A DNA stretch of 38,094 nt from Capsulimonadales bacterium (GTDB lineage Bacteria; Armatimonadota; Armatimonadia; Armatimonadales; Armatimonadaceae), in contig JANRLW010000079.1 in NCBI GenBank assembly GCA_033762295.1, forward strand, positions 1-38,094, read 5' to 3'. A program made the translations under genes and the position numbers. Below the pieces are notes generated by a model, which made no database searches, was not told where the DNA came from, and was given only the letters and a program-made list of their open reading frames with translations. This document shows positions 17,841-28,948 of this stretch, one piece after another (positions within the stretch are counted from its first letter, which is position 1; every line of letters begins with the position of its first letter).

Positions 17841-19079
17841 GTGGCGATTAAACGTGATGACCGGGGCGAGCGATTCGATCGTTCCGTTTCGTTCGACCGG
17901 GCGGAAAAGCGCAATGCGATGATCTTCCGACGCGGAACCGTCGTTTTCTCCAACGGAGACCCGGTCCGACCCGCCGTGTCGCGCCCGGTTCGGGAGGCCG
18001 GTTTCGAAGAGGAGGGGGAACTGCGAGCGGTCGATTCCACTTTGCTACTCGATTTCGCCGCCGATATCCTGCCGCCGCACCTGATCCCCGGCGACACCGA
18101 CGTTCCCGTGGCGGAGTTGATCCGGGAAACCCTGGAATCCGAAGCCTTTCGTGCCGGGTCCCGACCCCGCCGGGCGGAAGCCGAGGAGACGGAGAAACCC
18201 GAACGGGTCGATACCGCCGAGGAACCGGCCGACGGAATGCCGCTCGACGATTCCGTCCGGATGTGGCTGCGCGAAATCGGCAAAACCCCGCTGCTTTCCC
18301 ATGATCAGGAGACCCGCCTCGCCCGGCGCATCGAACGCGGCGATGAGGAGGCGAAGGTCATTCTCACCCAGGCGAACCTGCGTCTGGTCGTCTCCATCGC
18401 CAAACGCTACAGTGGCCGCGGCATCTCCTTCTCCGACCTGATTCAGGAGGGGAATATCGGTCTCCTCCGGGCGGTCGAGAAGTATGATTACCGGAAGGGG
18501 TTCAAGTTCTCCACCTACGCGACCTGGTGGATACGACAGGCGATCACCCGCGCCATCGCCGATCAGGGGCGCACGATCCGGATACCGGTTCACATGGTCG
18601 AGACGATCAATCGCCTGGTCAAACTCTCCAGCCAACTCCTGCAGGAACTGGGACGCGAGCCAACCCTGGACGAGATCGCCCGTGAGATGGGCACCTCGGT
18701 CGAACGGGTCAGCGAGATCATGCGAATCGCCCCCGAACCGCTCTCTTTGGAGACGCCGGTCGGGGAGGAAGAGGACTCCCACCTGTCCGATTTCGTGCCC
18801 GATGACGACTGCCGCGCCCCCTCGGAGGCCGCCGCGCAGGCCGTGCTGCGGGAACGAATCGATATGGTCCTGGGACTGCTGACCGACCGCGAACGGGATG
18901 TCGTCAAAATGCGCTACGGACTGGAAGGCGACGGTTCGCCGCATACGCTGGAGGAGGTCGGACGGCATTTCCGGGTGACCCGCGAACGAATCCGCCAGAT
19001 CGAAGCGAAAGCGCTCAAGAAACTTCGTTGCCCCGAGAAGTCCGATTACCTTCGCGAATACGTCGACGTCGTCGATTAA
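17841..19079 (+). CDS. rpoD: Sigma-70 family primary-type RNA polymerase sigma factor (start uncertain)
   Basis: [72 protein letters not shown]; lies downstream of dnaG. Confidence 0.85.
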   Translation: MAIKRDDRGERFDRSVSFDRAEKRNAMIFRRGTVVFSNGDPVRPAVSRPVREAGFEEEGELRAVDSTLLLDFAADILPPHLIPGDTDVPVAELIRETLESEAFRAGSRPRRAEAEETEKPERVDTAEEPADGMPLDDSVRMWLREIGKTPLLSHDQETRLARRIERGDEEAKVILTQANLRLVVSIAKRYSGRGISFSDLIQEGNIGLLRAVEKYDYRKGFKFSTYATWWIRQAITRAIADQGRTIRIPVHMVETINRLVKLSSQLLQELGREPTLDEIAREMGTSVERVSEIMRIAPEPLSLETPVGEEEDSHLSDFVPDDDCRAPSEAAAQAVLRERIDMVLGLLTDRERDVVKMRYGLEGDGSPHTLEEVGRHFRVTRERIRQIEAKALKKLRCPEKSDYLREYVDVVD

Positions 19080-19100
19080 GGATTACCGGCGGATAGCAGG

Positions 19101-19137
19101 AAAACGAGCGAGGCGGACGCCTCGCTCGTTCCGTTTT
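19101..19137. terminator. Intrinsic terminator-like hairpin between convergent rpoD and the prepilin-like cluster
   Basis: AACGAGCGAGGC-ggac-GCCTCGCTCGTT, with an A-run on the left and TTTT on the right. Confidence 0.75.
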
Positions 19138-19337
19138 CAGTTCAGGCTTGCCGAAGGCTGGGACGGCATGGCGGAGCGTCCCTTTGCCCCGCCGGCTGCG
19201 GCTCCGCGGGATTCACCCGCGGATGTATCGCGTCGGACGACCGGCGGATTCAGGAAGAAAATCCCGATGCCGACGATCAATGCGAGGATCGCCATTGCCG
19301 CGACGATAATCATCGACCCGTTGACCTGCTGTTTCAT
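19137..19337 (-). CDS. Small single-TM protein (type b partner), paralogue of 22029..22226
   Basis: MKQQVNGSMIIVAAMAILALIVGIGIFFLNPPV...; GGAGGAG RBS; directly downstream of a DUF1559 gene. Confidence 0.8.
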   Translation of the reverse strand: MKQQVNGSMIIVAAMAILALIVGIGIFFLNPPVVRRDTSAGESRGAAAGGAKGRSAMPSQPSASLN

Positions 19338-19362
19338 GACATTCTCCTCCCGATCTCCGGGT

Positions 19363-19566
19363 TTACCAGCACTGATCGGTCGGCTGGAAGTCCGGCCGGA
19401 ACAGGTAGGGATGGCAGGTCCACTGCTCGCCGTTGGGACCGGCCTGATTCCATCCCCAGTAGGAGAGGCCGCTGGGATCGTATCCGAGGCCGGGGTCGGT
19501 CTTGCAGTCGGTCGGGCGCGGGTTGGACTGCGCCTCCTCGGCGGAGGCGTTGGTCGTGCCGCCGAG
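19363..19566. repeat. 204-bp near-identical repeat of 22353..22556 (1 mismatch)
   Basis: Aligned by eye at offset 2990; the only difference is 19438 A vs 22428 T. Confidence 0.92.
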
Positions 19567-20379
19567 CATCCGATATTTGGCATGGCCGTCCGTAAAGACG
19601 AAATTCTGCCCCTTCGTATGAACCCACATGGAGCCATCGCTCAGCCAGACGTTGCTCGTCTGTCCGTTCCTTCCGCCGTCGCAGGAATCGCTTGAGGGAG
19701 AGAACCGGCAGCCGGGAATGCTTGCCTCATCCGCGCCGGTCTCAGGGCAGATCAGGAACGGACTCGACAAAACCGCGCCTTCGAGCGAAATCTTTCCGTT
19801 GCCTTCCCAGAAGACGATCGTATCAGCGGGACTGGTCACACCGGCGATCGGGTAGGTGTGCAGGAGACCGTTGTAGGAGTAGGCGTTCCGGATCGGCGCG
19901 GTGACCCGTGCGGAGGAGGCCGCCGCTCCGTAGATATCGCGCGCCGTCTGGGACGGACAGGCAAACAACCCGATCGACTTGATATAGGGCAGGAGGACAT
20001 TCTGGGTGGCGCTGGCGGACATGGCACGGTTGATCGGGCCGAACGCCGTCGACCAGGCCAGAGGCGCGTGATGGTAGTAATCCCATGCCCACGCTCTCGT
20101 ATCCGACCGGGTGCCGTAGGCGGTCGGGAAGGTTTCATCGTAATCCTGAACGTACATCAGGGTCGCCGTGCCCAGCTGCTTGGCATTCGAGAGGCAGGAG
20201 ATGGCACGCGCCTTTTCCCGCGCCTGGGCGAAGACGGGGAACAGGATGGCTGCCAGAATGGCGATAATGGCAATGACGACGAGCAGTTCGATCAGCGTGA
20301 ATCCCGCTTCGAACGAAGAGCCGACCCGGTGCGAAATGGCCCGGGACGTGACAGCACGACGGCGATCGGTTGATAGCAT
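19363..20379 (-). CDS. Prepilin-type N-terminal cleavage/methylation + DUF1559/H-X9-DG protein (type B, copy 2)
   Basis: [56 protein letters not shown]. Confidence 0.92.
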   Translation of the reverse strand: MLSTDRRRAVTSRAISHRVGSSFEAGFTLIELLVVIAIIAILAAILFPVFAQAREKARAISCLSNAKQLGTATLMYVQDYDETFPTAYGTRSDTRAWAWDYYHHAPLAWSTAFGPINRAMSASATQNVLLPYIKSIGLFACPSQTARDIYGAAASSARVTAPIRNAYSYNGLLHTYPIAGVTSPADTIVFWEGNGKISLEGAVLSSPFLICPETGADEASIPGCRFSPSSDSCDGGRNGQTSNVWLSDGSMWVHTKGQNFVFTDGHAKYRMLGGTTNASAEEAQSNPRPTDCKTDPGLGYDPSGLSYWGWNQAGPNGEQWTCHPYLFRPDFQPTDQCW

Positions 20380-20510
20380 GCAGAGTTCCTCAACCTGGCA
20401 TATTTCGCCTCGCACCCTGGCGTATCCGAATATTTACCGCTGGGCCGACATCGTTGTTAGGCCGGTTGGAGACTGACAAATGTATACCAGAGCGCCAGAA
20501 CGATGGAGTA

Positions 20511-20540
20511 TTCTTAACACGGATTTAATGAGGTGTCAAG
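20511..20540 (-). promoter_or_regulatory. Conserved 30-bp promoter-like box (TTGACA-containing), second copy at 24962..24991
   Basis: Minus strand CTTGACACCTCATTAAATCCGTGTTAAGAA vs CTTGACACTTCATTAAATCCATGTTAAGAA (28/30 identical); both lie upstream of DUF1559 genes. Confidence 0.7.
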
Positions 20541-20584
20541 AAAGGTCGGAAACAAGTAAGTCGCGCGGAGGAGCGGAGGATTAC

Positions 20585-20617
20585 AAAAAACGGGAGAACC
20601 CCGAAGGATTCTCCCGT
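20585..20617 (-). terminator. Intrinsic terminator after the type-a lipoprotein gene
   Basis: CGGGAGAA...TTCTCCCG hairpin followed by a T-run on the minus strand. Confidence 0.75.
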
Positions 20618-20640
20618 GGAATGGACGGTCCGTCCGGGTT

Positions 20641-20862
20641 TTACTGCTTGCCGCCGGACAGGTCGGTCTTGACGCCGGGCGGGGCCGGGGCCGTGTCGAC
20701 ATCCATCATGTTATTCGGTTTGGCGGCGGCGGCTCCCGAACCGGTCGCGGTCGCGGCCGCCGGGGAAGGAGAGGCCGCCGTCGTCGTTTCGCTCTGGCAA
20801 CCCGCCACGAAGGAAGCGGCCAGGAGCAGGAAAAGGGCGCCGAAGAAAGACATCTTCTTCAT
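20641..20862 (-). CDS. Small lipoprotein (type a partner), paralogue of 23674..23895
   Basis: Lipobox VAGC, Ala/Pro/Thr linker, conserved C-terminus PAPPGVKTDLSGGK. Confidence 0.85.
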   Translation of the reverse strand: MKKMSFFGALFLLLAASFVAGCQSETTTAASPSPAAATATGSGAAAAKPNNMMDVDTAPAPPGVKTDLSGGKQ

Positions 20863-20867
20863 CGATC

Positions 20868-21749
20868 TTACTCCCGGTCCCAGACGTAGAGGTCCTTGTT
20901 GGTGATGACGACGTTATCGCGAAGGACGCCCTGGGCGAAGTTGGTACCGGCGGCCAGCGCCTGCCACTTGGTGAACTTGGCATGACCGTCGACCCAGACG
21001 ACGTTCGCGCCGTCGTTGTGGCGCGGGGAGAGGAAGCCGAGCGCATCGGGTCGGGCCCTGTCCGCCGGCCAGTTCCAGCCGCCGTTCGTACCGGCCCAGG
21101 CATACACGCACTCATCCGGGGCCGGCGCGATGCGCGGCCAGCCATTCGGATCGTTGATCCAGGCCGACCCGGCGTTGACGCCGGCAATTTCGATGGTGCT
21201 GTCGGCGAAGGCGACGGTATCCGCCGGTCGGGAGATAGCGGCCAGGCTGACGCCGGAGGTGGTCTGGCAGTCGCCGTTGATCTTGGAAAGGTTCAGGTAG
21301 TTATAGCCGTAGTTCGGGAAGCGCATCTGGTTGCGGAACCAGGCGGAGCCATTACCCGGCGTGAAGACGCCCCGGTTGTCATGACCGATGGACGGACAGG
21401 CGAAGATGGCCCAGGACTTGAAGTAGGGGAAGAGCAACTGAGCGGTCCACTGCTGATACGGCGGGATCGGGTTTCCGTTGGCATCGCGCGGCGCGGCGGA
21501 CGGGTCGGGCAGGGCGAAGCTGTTGCAGATGGGCGGCATGGTCTCATCGTAGTCCTGGATGTACATCTGCCAGGCGGTGCCGATCTGCTTGATGTTGGAA
21601 AGACAGGAAATCTGGCGGGCCTTTTCGCGAGCCTGCGCGAAAACGGGGAACAGAATGGCAGCCAGGATTGCAATGATAGCGATCACGACGAGCAGTTCGA
21701 TAAGGGTGAACGCGCGAGCAGCGTTCCCTCGTTTCACAGAGAAGAACAT
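20868..21749 (-). CDS. Prepilin-type + DUF1559/H-X9-DG protein (type A, copy 2)
   Basis: [57 protein letters not shown]. Confidence 0.92.
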   Translation of the reverse strand: MFFSVKRGNAARAFTLIELLVVIAIIAILAAILFPVFAQAREKARQISCLSNIKQIGTAWQMYIQDYDETMPPICNSFALPDPSAAPRDANGNPIPPYQQWTAQLLFPYFKSWAIFACPSIGHDNRGVFTPGNGSAWFRNQMRFPNYGYNYLNLSKINGDCQTTSGVSLAAISRPADTVAFADSTIEIAGVNAGSAWINDPNGWPRIAPAPDECVYAWAGTNGGWNWPADRARPDALGFLSPRHNDGANVVWVDGHAKFTKWQALAAGTNFAQGVLRDNVVITNKDLYVWDRE

Positions 21750-21959
21750 GCAGAGTTCCTTTATCCGAAAAATTTATCGTCCTGGGAACCCTGGCAGGCA
21801 GAAGGAGGTAATGCCGGCAAGTCAAATGATTGAGGATTGCTGCCTCACAAAATTCGGGGAAGCAGGGCAACCAAAACGATTGCCGTCTTTTTAGCACACG
21901 AAACGAACGTTGTCAAGGCAACAATGTTAATAGTGCTTATATTCAAAACGAATATTACA

Positions 21960-21999
21960 CGGAATCACCGGAGAACGGGATTTTCCTCCGGTGATTCCG
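21960..21999. terminator. Strong hairpin downstream of the type-b partner gene
   Basis: CGGAATCACCGGAG ... CTCCGGTGATTCCG inverted repeat; no clear U-tract. Confidence 0.55.
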
Positions 22000-22028
22000 G
22001 GTTTACCGGTACAGCGTCCGGAATTCGT

Positions 22029-22226
22029 TCAGTTGACGCTGGCGCGAGGACGCGTCGGCGGAGCGGATTTGCCGCTGACCATCCTCGCGCCACCGACCGC
22101 GCCCCGTTTGTCGACCGGTCGCATAGCAACCGGCGGGTTGAGATAAAAGTACCCTAAGCCGACCAGCAGGGCAAGGACGGTACCGGCGACGGCGATCATG
22201 ATCGGCAGACTGACCTGTTGCTTCAT
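22029..22226 (-). CDS. Small single-TM protein (type b partner)
   Basis: MKQQVSLPIMIAVAGTVLALLVGLGYFYLNPPV...; paralogue of 19137..19337. Confidence 0.8.
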   Translation of the reverse strand: MKQQVSLPIMIAVAGTVLALLVGLGYFYLNPPVAMRPVDKRGAVGGARMVSGKSAPPTRPRASVN

Positions 22227-22352
22227 GTCATGGTTCCTTCTGATGCAACCTGGCGCAACCCGGCGGAAGCGAAGGAGCGTCCGCTCAGGGGCGGGACTCC
22301 CGGCTTCCGCCGTGCCGGTTCCCAGGGCGATTACCGGGGGATGTCGAAACGA

Positions 22353-23345
22353 TTACCAGCACTGATCGGTCGGCTGGAAGTCCGGCCGGAACAGGTAGGG
22401 ATGGCAGGTCCACTGCTCGCCGTTGGGTCCGGCCTGATTCCATCCCCAGTAGGAGAGGCCGCTGGGATCGTATCCGAGGCCGGGGTCGGTCTTGCAGTCG
22501 GTCGGGCGCGGGTTGGACTGCGCCTCCTCGGCGGAGGCGTTGGTCGTGCCGCCGAGAATCCGGTATTTGGCATGACCATCGCTCATCACGAAGTTCGCGC
22601 CCCGGTTATGTATCCAGAAAGTTCCGTCGGCCGGCCACGTAACGCTGACCTGTCCGTTGACGGATTCGCTACAGAAATCGCTGGCGGGAGAGTAGCGACA
22701 CGCAGGAATATTGTTGGCATCCGCCCCGGCCTCGTCGCAGATCAGTGTCGGACTGGCCAGAACCGCTCCCCGGTTGGACACCTTGCCGTTTCCTTCCCAG
22801 AAAACGATCGTATCCACCGGATTGATCACACCGGCGAGCGGGTAGGTGTGCAGGAGACCGTTGTAGGTGTACGCGCTGACGATCGGATCGTTCACCCGGG
22901 CGCCGTACACGGTTTCATCGTATACGTTCTGCGTCACCTGCGACGGGCAGGAGAACAGGCCCAGACTCTTGATATAGGGCAGGAGGACATTCTGGGCAGC
23001 GCCGGCGGACATCTCGCGGTTGATCGGGCCGAACGCCGTCGACCAGGCCAGAGGCGCGTGATGATAGAAGTTCCACGCCCACGCCAGGGAGTCGGAGCGA
23101 GTACCGAACGCCGTCGGGAAGGTTTCATCGTAATCCTGAACGTACATCAGGGTCGCCGTGCCCAGCTGCTTGGCGTTCGAGATACAGGTGATGGCTCGGG
23201 CCTTTTCGCGAGCCTGAGCAAAAACCAGGAAAAGAATCGCCGCCAGGATGGCGATAATGGCGATTACAACGAGCAGTTCGATCAGCGTGAACGCCCGGGC
23301 GGCATTCCTTCGGCGGCTGATTGCCTGCATTTTAGTTGCCTGCAT
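22353..23345 (-). CDS. Prepilin-type + DUF1559/H-X9-DG protein (type B, copy 1)
   Basis: [52 protein letters not shown] before ATG at 23345. Confidence 0.92.
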   Translation of the reverse strand: MQATKMQAISRRRNAARAFTLIELLVVIAIIAILAAILFLVFAQAREKARAITCISNAKQLGTATLMYVQDYDETFPTAFGTRSDSLAWAWNFYHHAPLAWSTAFGPINREMSAGAAQNVLLPYIKSLGLFSCPSQVTQNVYDETVYGARVNDPIVSAYTYNGLLHTYPLAGVINPVDTIVFWEGNGKVSNRGAVLASPTLICDEAGADANNIPACRYSPASDFCSESVNGQVSVTWPADGTFWIHNRGANFVMSDGHAKYRILGGTTNASAEEAQSNPRPTDCKTDPGLGYDPSGLSYWGWNQAGPNGEQWTCHPYLFRPDFQPTDQCW

Positions 23346-23624
23346 ACGGTTACCTCGGCACGAGTTAGTTTCGTTTTGCCGTCGGCTTGTTTCGAAACCG
23401 GAACGAAAGGCATCAAGAATTCGAACAAAGCTATCGCGCAAAACCTTGATTCGATTATCGGTACCTGCAAATTTATCCGGAGGTAGTCGACTGATTAAAA
23501 TCAGTATGCGTAACTATAATTATATCAATATATTTTAAAGTAAGCGTCAACACGAAGACAAAAAGCGAATTATTTTCGTTGTGTTTGCGGAGATTCGGAA
23601 AGAGGAAAACGACGGGGGAAACGG

Positions 23625-23660
23625 GACGCTACCGGGCGATGAGCATCGCCCGGTAGCGTC
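23625..23660. terminator. Perfect long hairpin downstream of the type-a lipoprotein gene
   Basis: GACGCTACCGGGCGAT-gagc-ATCGCCCGGTAGCGTC. Confidence 0.7.
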
Positions 23661-23673
23661 GGCAGTAAAAAAC

Positions 23674-23895
23674 CTACTTCTTGCCGCCGGACAGGTCGGT
23701 TTTGACACCGGGCGGAGCCGGGTCTACCGAAAGGTCGACGGATCCCGCCATCTTCTTGTCGACCTGACCGGGCGGCGGAGCCTGCGCGGCGACCGTCGGC
23801 GAGGGCGACGGCGCAGGTTCCGGGTTGGAGCAACCGCTGATGGCGCTCAGGACGAGCAGGGCGGCGGACAGCGAAAGGCAAACGCGAAGTCGCAT
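23674..23895 (-). CDS. Small lipoprotein (type a partner)
   Basis: MRLRVCLSLSAALLVLSAISGC lipobox; C-terminus PAPPGVKTDLSGGKK shared with 20641..20862. Confidence 0.85.
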   Translation of the reverse strand: MRLRVCLSLSAALLVLSAISGCSNPEPAPSPSPTVAAQAPPPGQVDKKMAGSVDLSVDPAPPGVKTDLSGGKK

Positions 23896-23906
23896 TGTTA
23901 CTCCCG

Positions 23907-24800
23907 TTACTCCAGGTCCCAGACGTAAAGCTCTTTGTTGGTGACCACGACATCGTTCTCGCCGACGCCCGGTCCGAAGTTGGTACCGGCAGCCAGCGCC
24001 TGCCAGCGGTTGAACTTGGCATGGCCGTCGACCCAGACGACGTTGCTGCCGTCGGAGTGGCGCGGGTCCAGGAAGCCGAGGAAGTTCGGCTTGGTCGCGC
24101 CGGTCGGCCAGTTCCAGCCGCCGTTGACGCCGTTCCAGTAGATGCACTCGTCCGGAGCCGGCGCGATCACCGGCCATCGGTCCGGAGCGTTCACTACGCC
24201 GTACCCACGCTGGGTCAGGTCGGTCGCACCGTCCGCGCTCCGTCCGGTTCCGAGCTTGGTGTCCACGAAGGCGATGGTTTCCGCCGGCCTACCGACCGCG
24301 GCCAGGCTCTTGCCAAGGCTACGAGCGCAGTTACCGTCCCACTTGGAAAGGAACGTGTAGTTGTAGCCGTAGGCTCCGAAGCGCTGCTGGTTGTACCACC
24401 AGGCGACCGGATTTCCCGCGGTGAAGACGCTGGCGTAGTTTCCGGAGAAGCTCGGACAGGTGAAGATCGTCCAGGACTTGAAGTACGGTTCGAGAAGACC
24501 GATCGCCCAGCGGTTGGTCGACTTCTGCTGGCAGGCATCGGTGTTGGTGTTGGCCGGGGTACAGGCGTTGTCCTGCATATGGAGCGGCAGGGTCTCGTCA
24601 TAGTCCTGAACATACATCAGCATGGCGGTGCCGATCTGCTTCAGGTTGGACAGACAGGAGGTCTGCCGCGCTTTTTCGCGAGCCTGGGCGAAGACCGGGA
24701 ACAGGATGGCGGCCAGAATGGCGATGATGGCAATGACGACGAGCAACTCGATCAGAGTGAACGCCCGGGCGGCGTTCCCCTTGCGGAACGGGGTCTGCAT
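23907..24800 (-). CDS. Prepilin-type + DUF1559/H-X9-DG protein (type A, copy 1)
   Basis: [49 protein letters not shown]. Confidence 0.92.
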   Translation of the reverse strand: MQTPFRKGNAARAFTLIELLVVIAIIAILAAILFPVFAQAREKARQTSCLSNLKQIGTAMLMYVQDYDETLPLHMQDNACTPANTNTDACQQKSTNRWAIGLLEPYFKSWTIFTCPSFSGNYASVFTAGNPVAWWYNQQRFGAYGYNYTFLSKWDGNCARSLGKSLAAVGRPAETIAFVDTKLGTGRSADGATDLTQRGYGVVNAPDRWPVIAPAPDECIYWNGVNGGWNWPTGATKPNFLGFLDPRHSDGSNVVWVDGHAKFNRWQALAAGTNFGPGVGENDVVVTNKELYVWDLE

Positions 24801-24961
24801 ACGAATACCTCAACGAAAAGTTCGGATTCGTTTCGTTCGGCGCAGCGTCGGTCGATCATTGAGGTAAGCCCGTAGGTGCAGAGCTCAGGCTTGACGATAC
24901 GTATTATGGCAAACAATAGTGGCGAAGAGAACAACTTGCGACGCGAACGAAACCTGCCACC

Positions 24962-24991
24962 TTCTTAACATGGATTTAATGAAGTGTCAAG
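24962..24991 (-). promoter_or_regulatory. Conserved 30-bp promoter-like box, copy of 20511..20540
   Basis: 28/30 identity; contains TTGACA on the minus strand. Confidence 0.7.
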
Positions 24992-25390
24992 TCGTTCGAG
25001 TATCTTTTACGAACAAAGTTATGCGTCGCCTGCGGATGGTCCGGAATTACACCAAAACGGCGATTTGCGACTCTATTTCCGGATAAAGTTTTCACAATGC
25101 TGCCGACCGACCGTTCGGAAGCCCTGTGTTTTCGGCGATTCCGTAACGTCCGAAGGATGTTCGGCGTATGAACTATATCCCCGGAATGTTCCCGGCAAGC
25201 CTCTCGTGAGATATGGTCGGCCGGTACCGATGCGATCCGTACCTTCAAAAGGGAACGTGAATGTGGAAAGCGTGTCTTTGAATTGGAAAGGTTTTTGCCA
25301 ATGATGAAAGAAAGAGACGGCGTGAGTGCCGCGTGTCCGGCCCAACCGTCCGTTTTAACGGTATCGGCAGGGTCGATGGCTTTCAATCAA

Positions 25391-25399
25391 TGGTATAAT
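25391..25399 (+). promoter_or_regulatory. Extended -10 promoter (TGGTATAAT) for ftsH
   Basis: Perfect TGnTATAAT about 130 nt upstream of ftsH. Confidence 0.6.
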
Positions 25400-25526
25400 C
25401 AAACAATGTTTGGCGACAAAACGGAACGGCTTTCGCTCCGCTGTTCGGAGGTCGCCTCGATCCTTCGCCCTGAGGATCGTGATTCGGGTTCGAGGGCGGC
25501 GTCGCCGCTCCGGAGGAGGCTCCGTT

Positions 25527-27521
<1,995 letters not shown>

Positions 27522-27716
27522 CCGAATTCCTCGTCACTTGAAGCGACGCTCTCCGGGCTCACCTACCGCCCGGAGAGCGTCGCTTCGTGTCGTTTTGGGG
27601 AATCTCGGTTATTTTCGCCAAAAGGAACCGGGGTACGGTACAATAGCCAGACGCCGGCGATATCCTCAAAATATCCCGCGCAGGGCTTGTGATCAGATCC
27701 AAGGAGAAAGAGTGGC

Positions 27717-28052
27717 TTGAACGAGGAAAGAGTGGCGACCAGTTATCGTCTGACGCGACTGGTGCGCACCCAGACCAGTGAAATCTATCTGATTTGGGAT
27801 GGTGATCAGCGGATCGGTCAAATCGACCTGCATTTCGCGCACGATACCATCCACGGAACACTGATTCTGGAGGCTGATCTGACCGTGGAACAGGAGGAAG
27901 GACTGATCGCGCAGATTGACGACGATATTGTCCATTCCTATCTGCCATCGTTCGATCGCGAGGACTTTCTCATAACGGTCTTTCGTGGCGAGGAAATCAG
28001 TCATTATACCGATTCCTCCGGCGCGATGGACGATATGGAAGAAGACGATTGA
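27717..28052 (+). CDS. Acidic hypothetical protein (111 aa)
   Basis: AAGGAG RBS, TTG start, followed by a terminator. Confidence 0.7.
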   Translation: MNEERVATSYRLTRLVRTQTSEIYLIWDGDQRIGQIDLHFAHDTIHGTLILEADLTVEQEEGLIAQIDDDIVHSYLPSFDREDFLITVFRGEEISHYTDSSGAMDDMEEDD

Positions 28053-28069
28053 CCCGGTGAACGAAAAAC

Positions 28070-28098
28070 AAAAAGCCCCCGATATTCGGGGGCTTTTT
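28070..28098. terminator. Bidirectional intrinsic terminator
   Basis: AAAAAGCCCCC-gatattc-GGGGGCTTTTT between convergent genes. Confidence 0.9.
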
Positions 28099-28119
28099 AT
28101 TGGTCGAATCGGACGGAAA

Positions 28120-28689
28120 CTATGTTCCTCGCCCGATGGTCGCCGGGATGTACTGCTCGAAATCGGGTGCGACCGCATCGCTGATCGGTCCCGTGACGCT
28201 GACGCCGGTGGTCTGCAGATAGGCGATGGCTCGGCCGATCTCCTCGATCGTTCCGTTCAGTTCCACCTCCGCCCATCCGGCATCCTCCGACAACATGGCA
28301 CGTCGGATATTGACCGTCAGGCGGAACCGCTTCCCGAGGTTGTGCAGGATCGGAACTTCGAACATCGCGCGGGTGAATGTCAGATTGTAGATGCCCCCTC
28401 CGGACGGCGTCACGCCCCCGGCGATGGCCGGGACGATGGATAACTCGTCCCCGTCGCCGAGCGGTGTTTCGGTGCCCTGAAGGAAGCGGATATCCTCGCC
28501 GTTGACGTAAAGATTGACGAAGCGGCGCGGTTTGCCCTCCTCGTCGATCAGCGGTTTGGCCAGTCCGTCATGCACGGTGACCAGAGTGTTGAGAAGAGAG
28601 CCGACGGTGTCGGCGTCGATATGCACGGAGTCCGCTTCGCCGGTAAACTTGCGGAGCGGAGTCGGTATCAGAACCTTAACGGTTGCCAT
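28120..28689 (-). CDS. MoaD/ThiS ubiquitin-like sulfur carrier fused to a C-terminal NIL domain
   Basis: VKVLIPTPLRKFT...FVNLYVNGEDIRFLQGTETPL.DGDELSIVPAIAGG, then a NIL-like LTF......PILHNLGKRFRLTVNIRRA.L....GW.EVEL.G. Confidence 0.85.
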   Translation of the reverse strand: MATVKVLIPTPLRKFTGEADSVHIDADTVGSLLNTLVTVHDGLAKPLIDEEGKPRRFVNLYVNGEDIRFLQGTETPLGDGDELSIVPAIAGGVTPSGGGIYNLTFTRAMFEVPILHNLGKRFRLTVNIRRAMLSEDAGWAEVELNGTIEEIGRAIAYLQTTGVSVTGPISDAVAPDFEQYIPATIGRGT

Positions 28690-28705
28690 GGTATTGTAGC
28701 CGTCC

Positions 28706-28945
28706 TCAATCAATTAGGTTCGGGAGGCGGGCATCCTCCGCACTCCGTATTTTTCGAACCGTCCCATCCGGCAGGATGACGGTGACGCCGTCACCGCATC
28801 GTCCCTGGCACATGGTCGGTCGAACCGGGTATCCCAGAGGAGCCGCCTGCGCTTCCATCAGGCGGAAGAGAGTCCGGTGTCCGCGAACCGTGCCGCAACG
28901 CGGTCCGCAACAGACGCGCAGACAGGGCGCATCGGAACCGGCCAT
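28706..28945 (-). CDS. Thioredoxin-like (2Fe-2S) ferredoxin
   Basis: VCCGPRC...CQGRC.DG four-Cys pattern; tightly packed between its neighbours. Confidence 0.75.
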   Translation of the reverse strand: MAGSDAPCLRVCCGPRCGTVRGHRTLFRLMEAQAAPLGYPVRPTMCQGRCGDGVTVILPDGTVRKIRSAEDARLPNLID

Positions 28946-28948
28946 CGC

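Noticed and set aside
19363..22556. Diversity-generating retroelement template/variable repeat pair
   Set aside because: Both copies are coding, the near-identical block has one mismatch rather than many adenine-specific ones, and no reverse transcriptase is in the window.
24976..25386. Short ORFs in the spacer between the DUF1559 cluster and ftsH
   Set aside because: AT-rich divergent promoter region; the ORFs lack an RBS, host codon bias and recognisable motifs.
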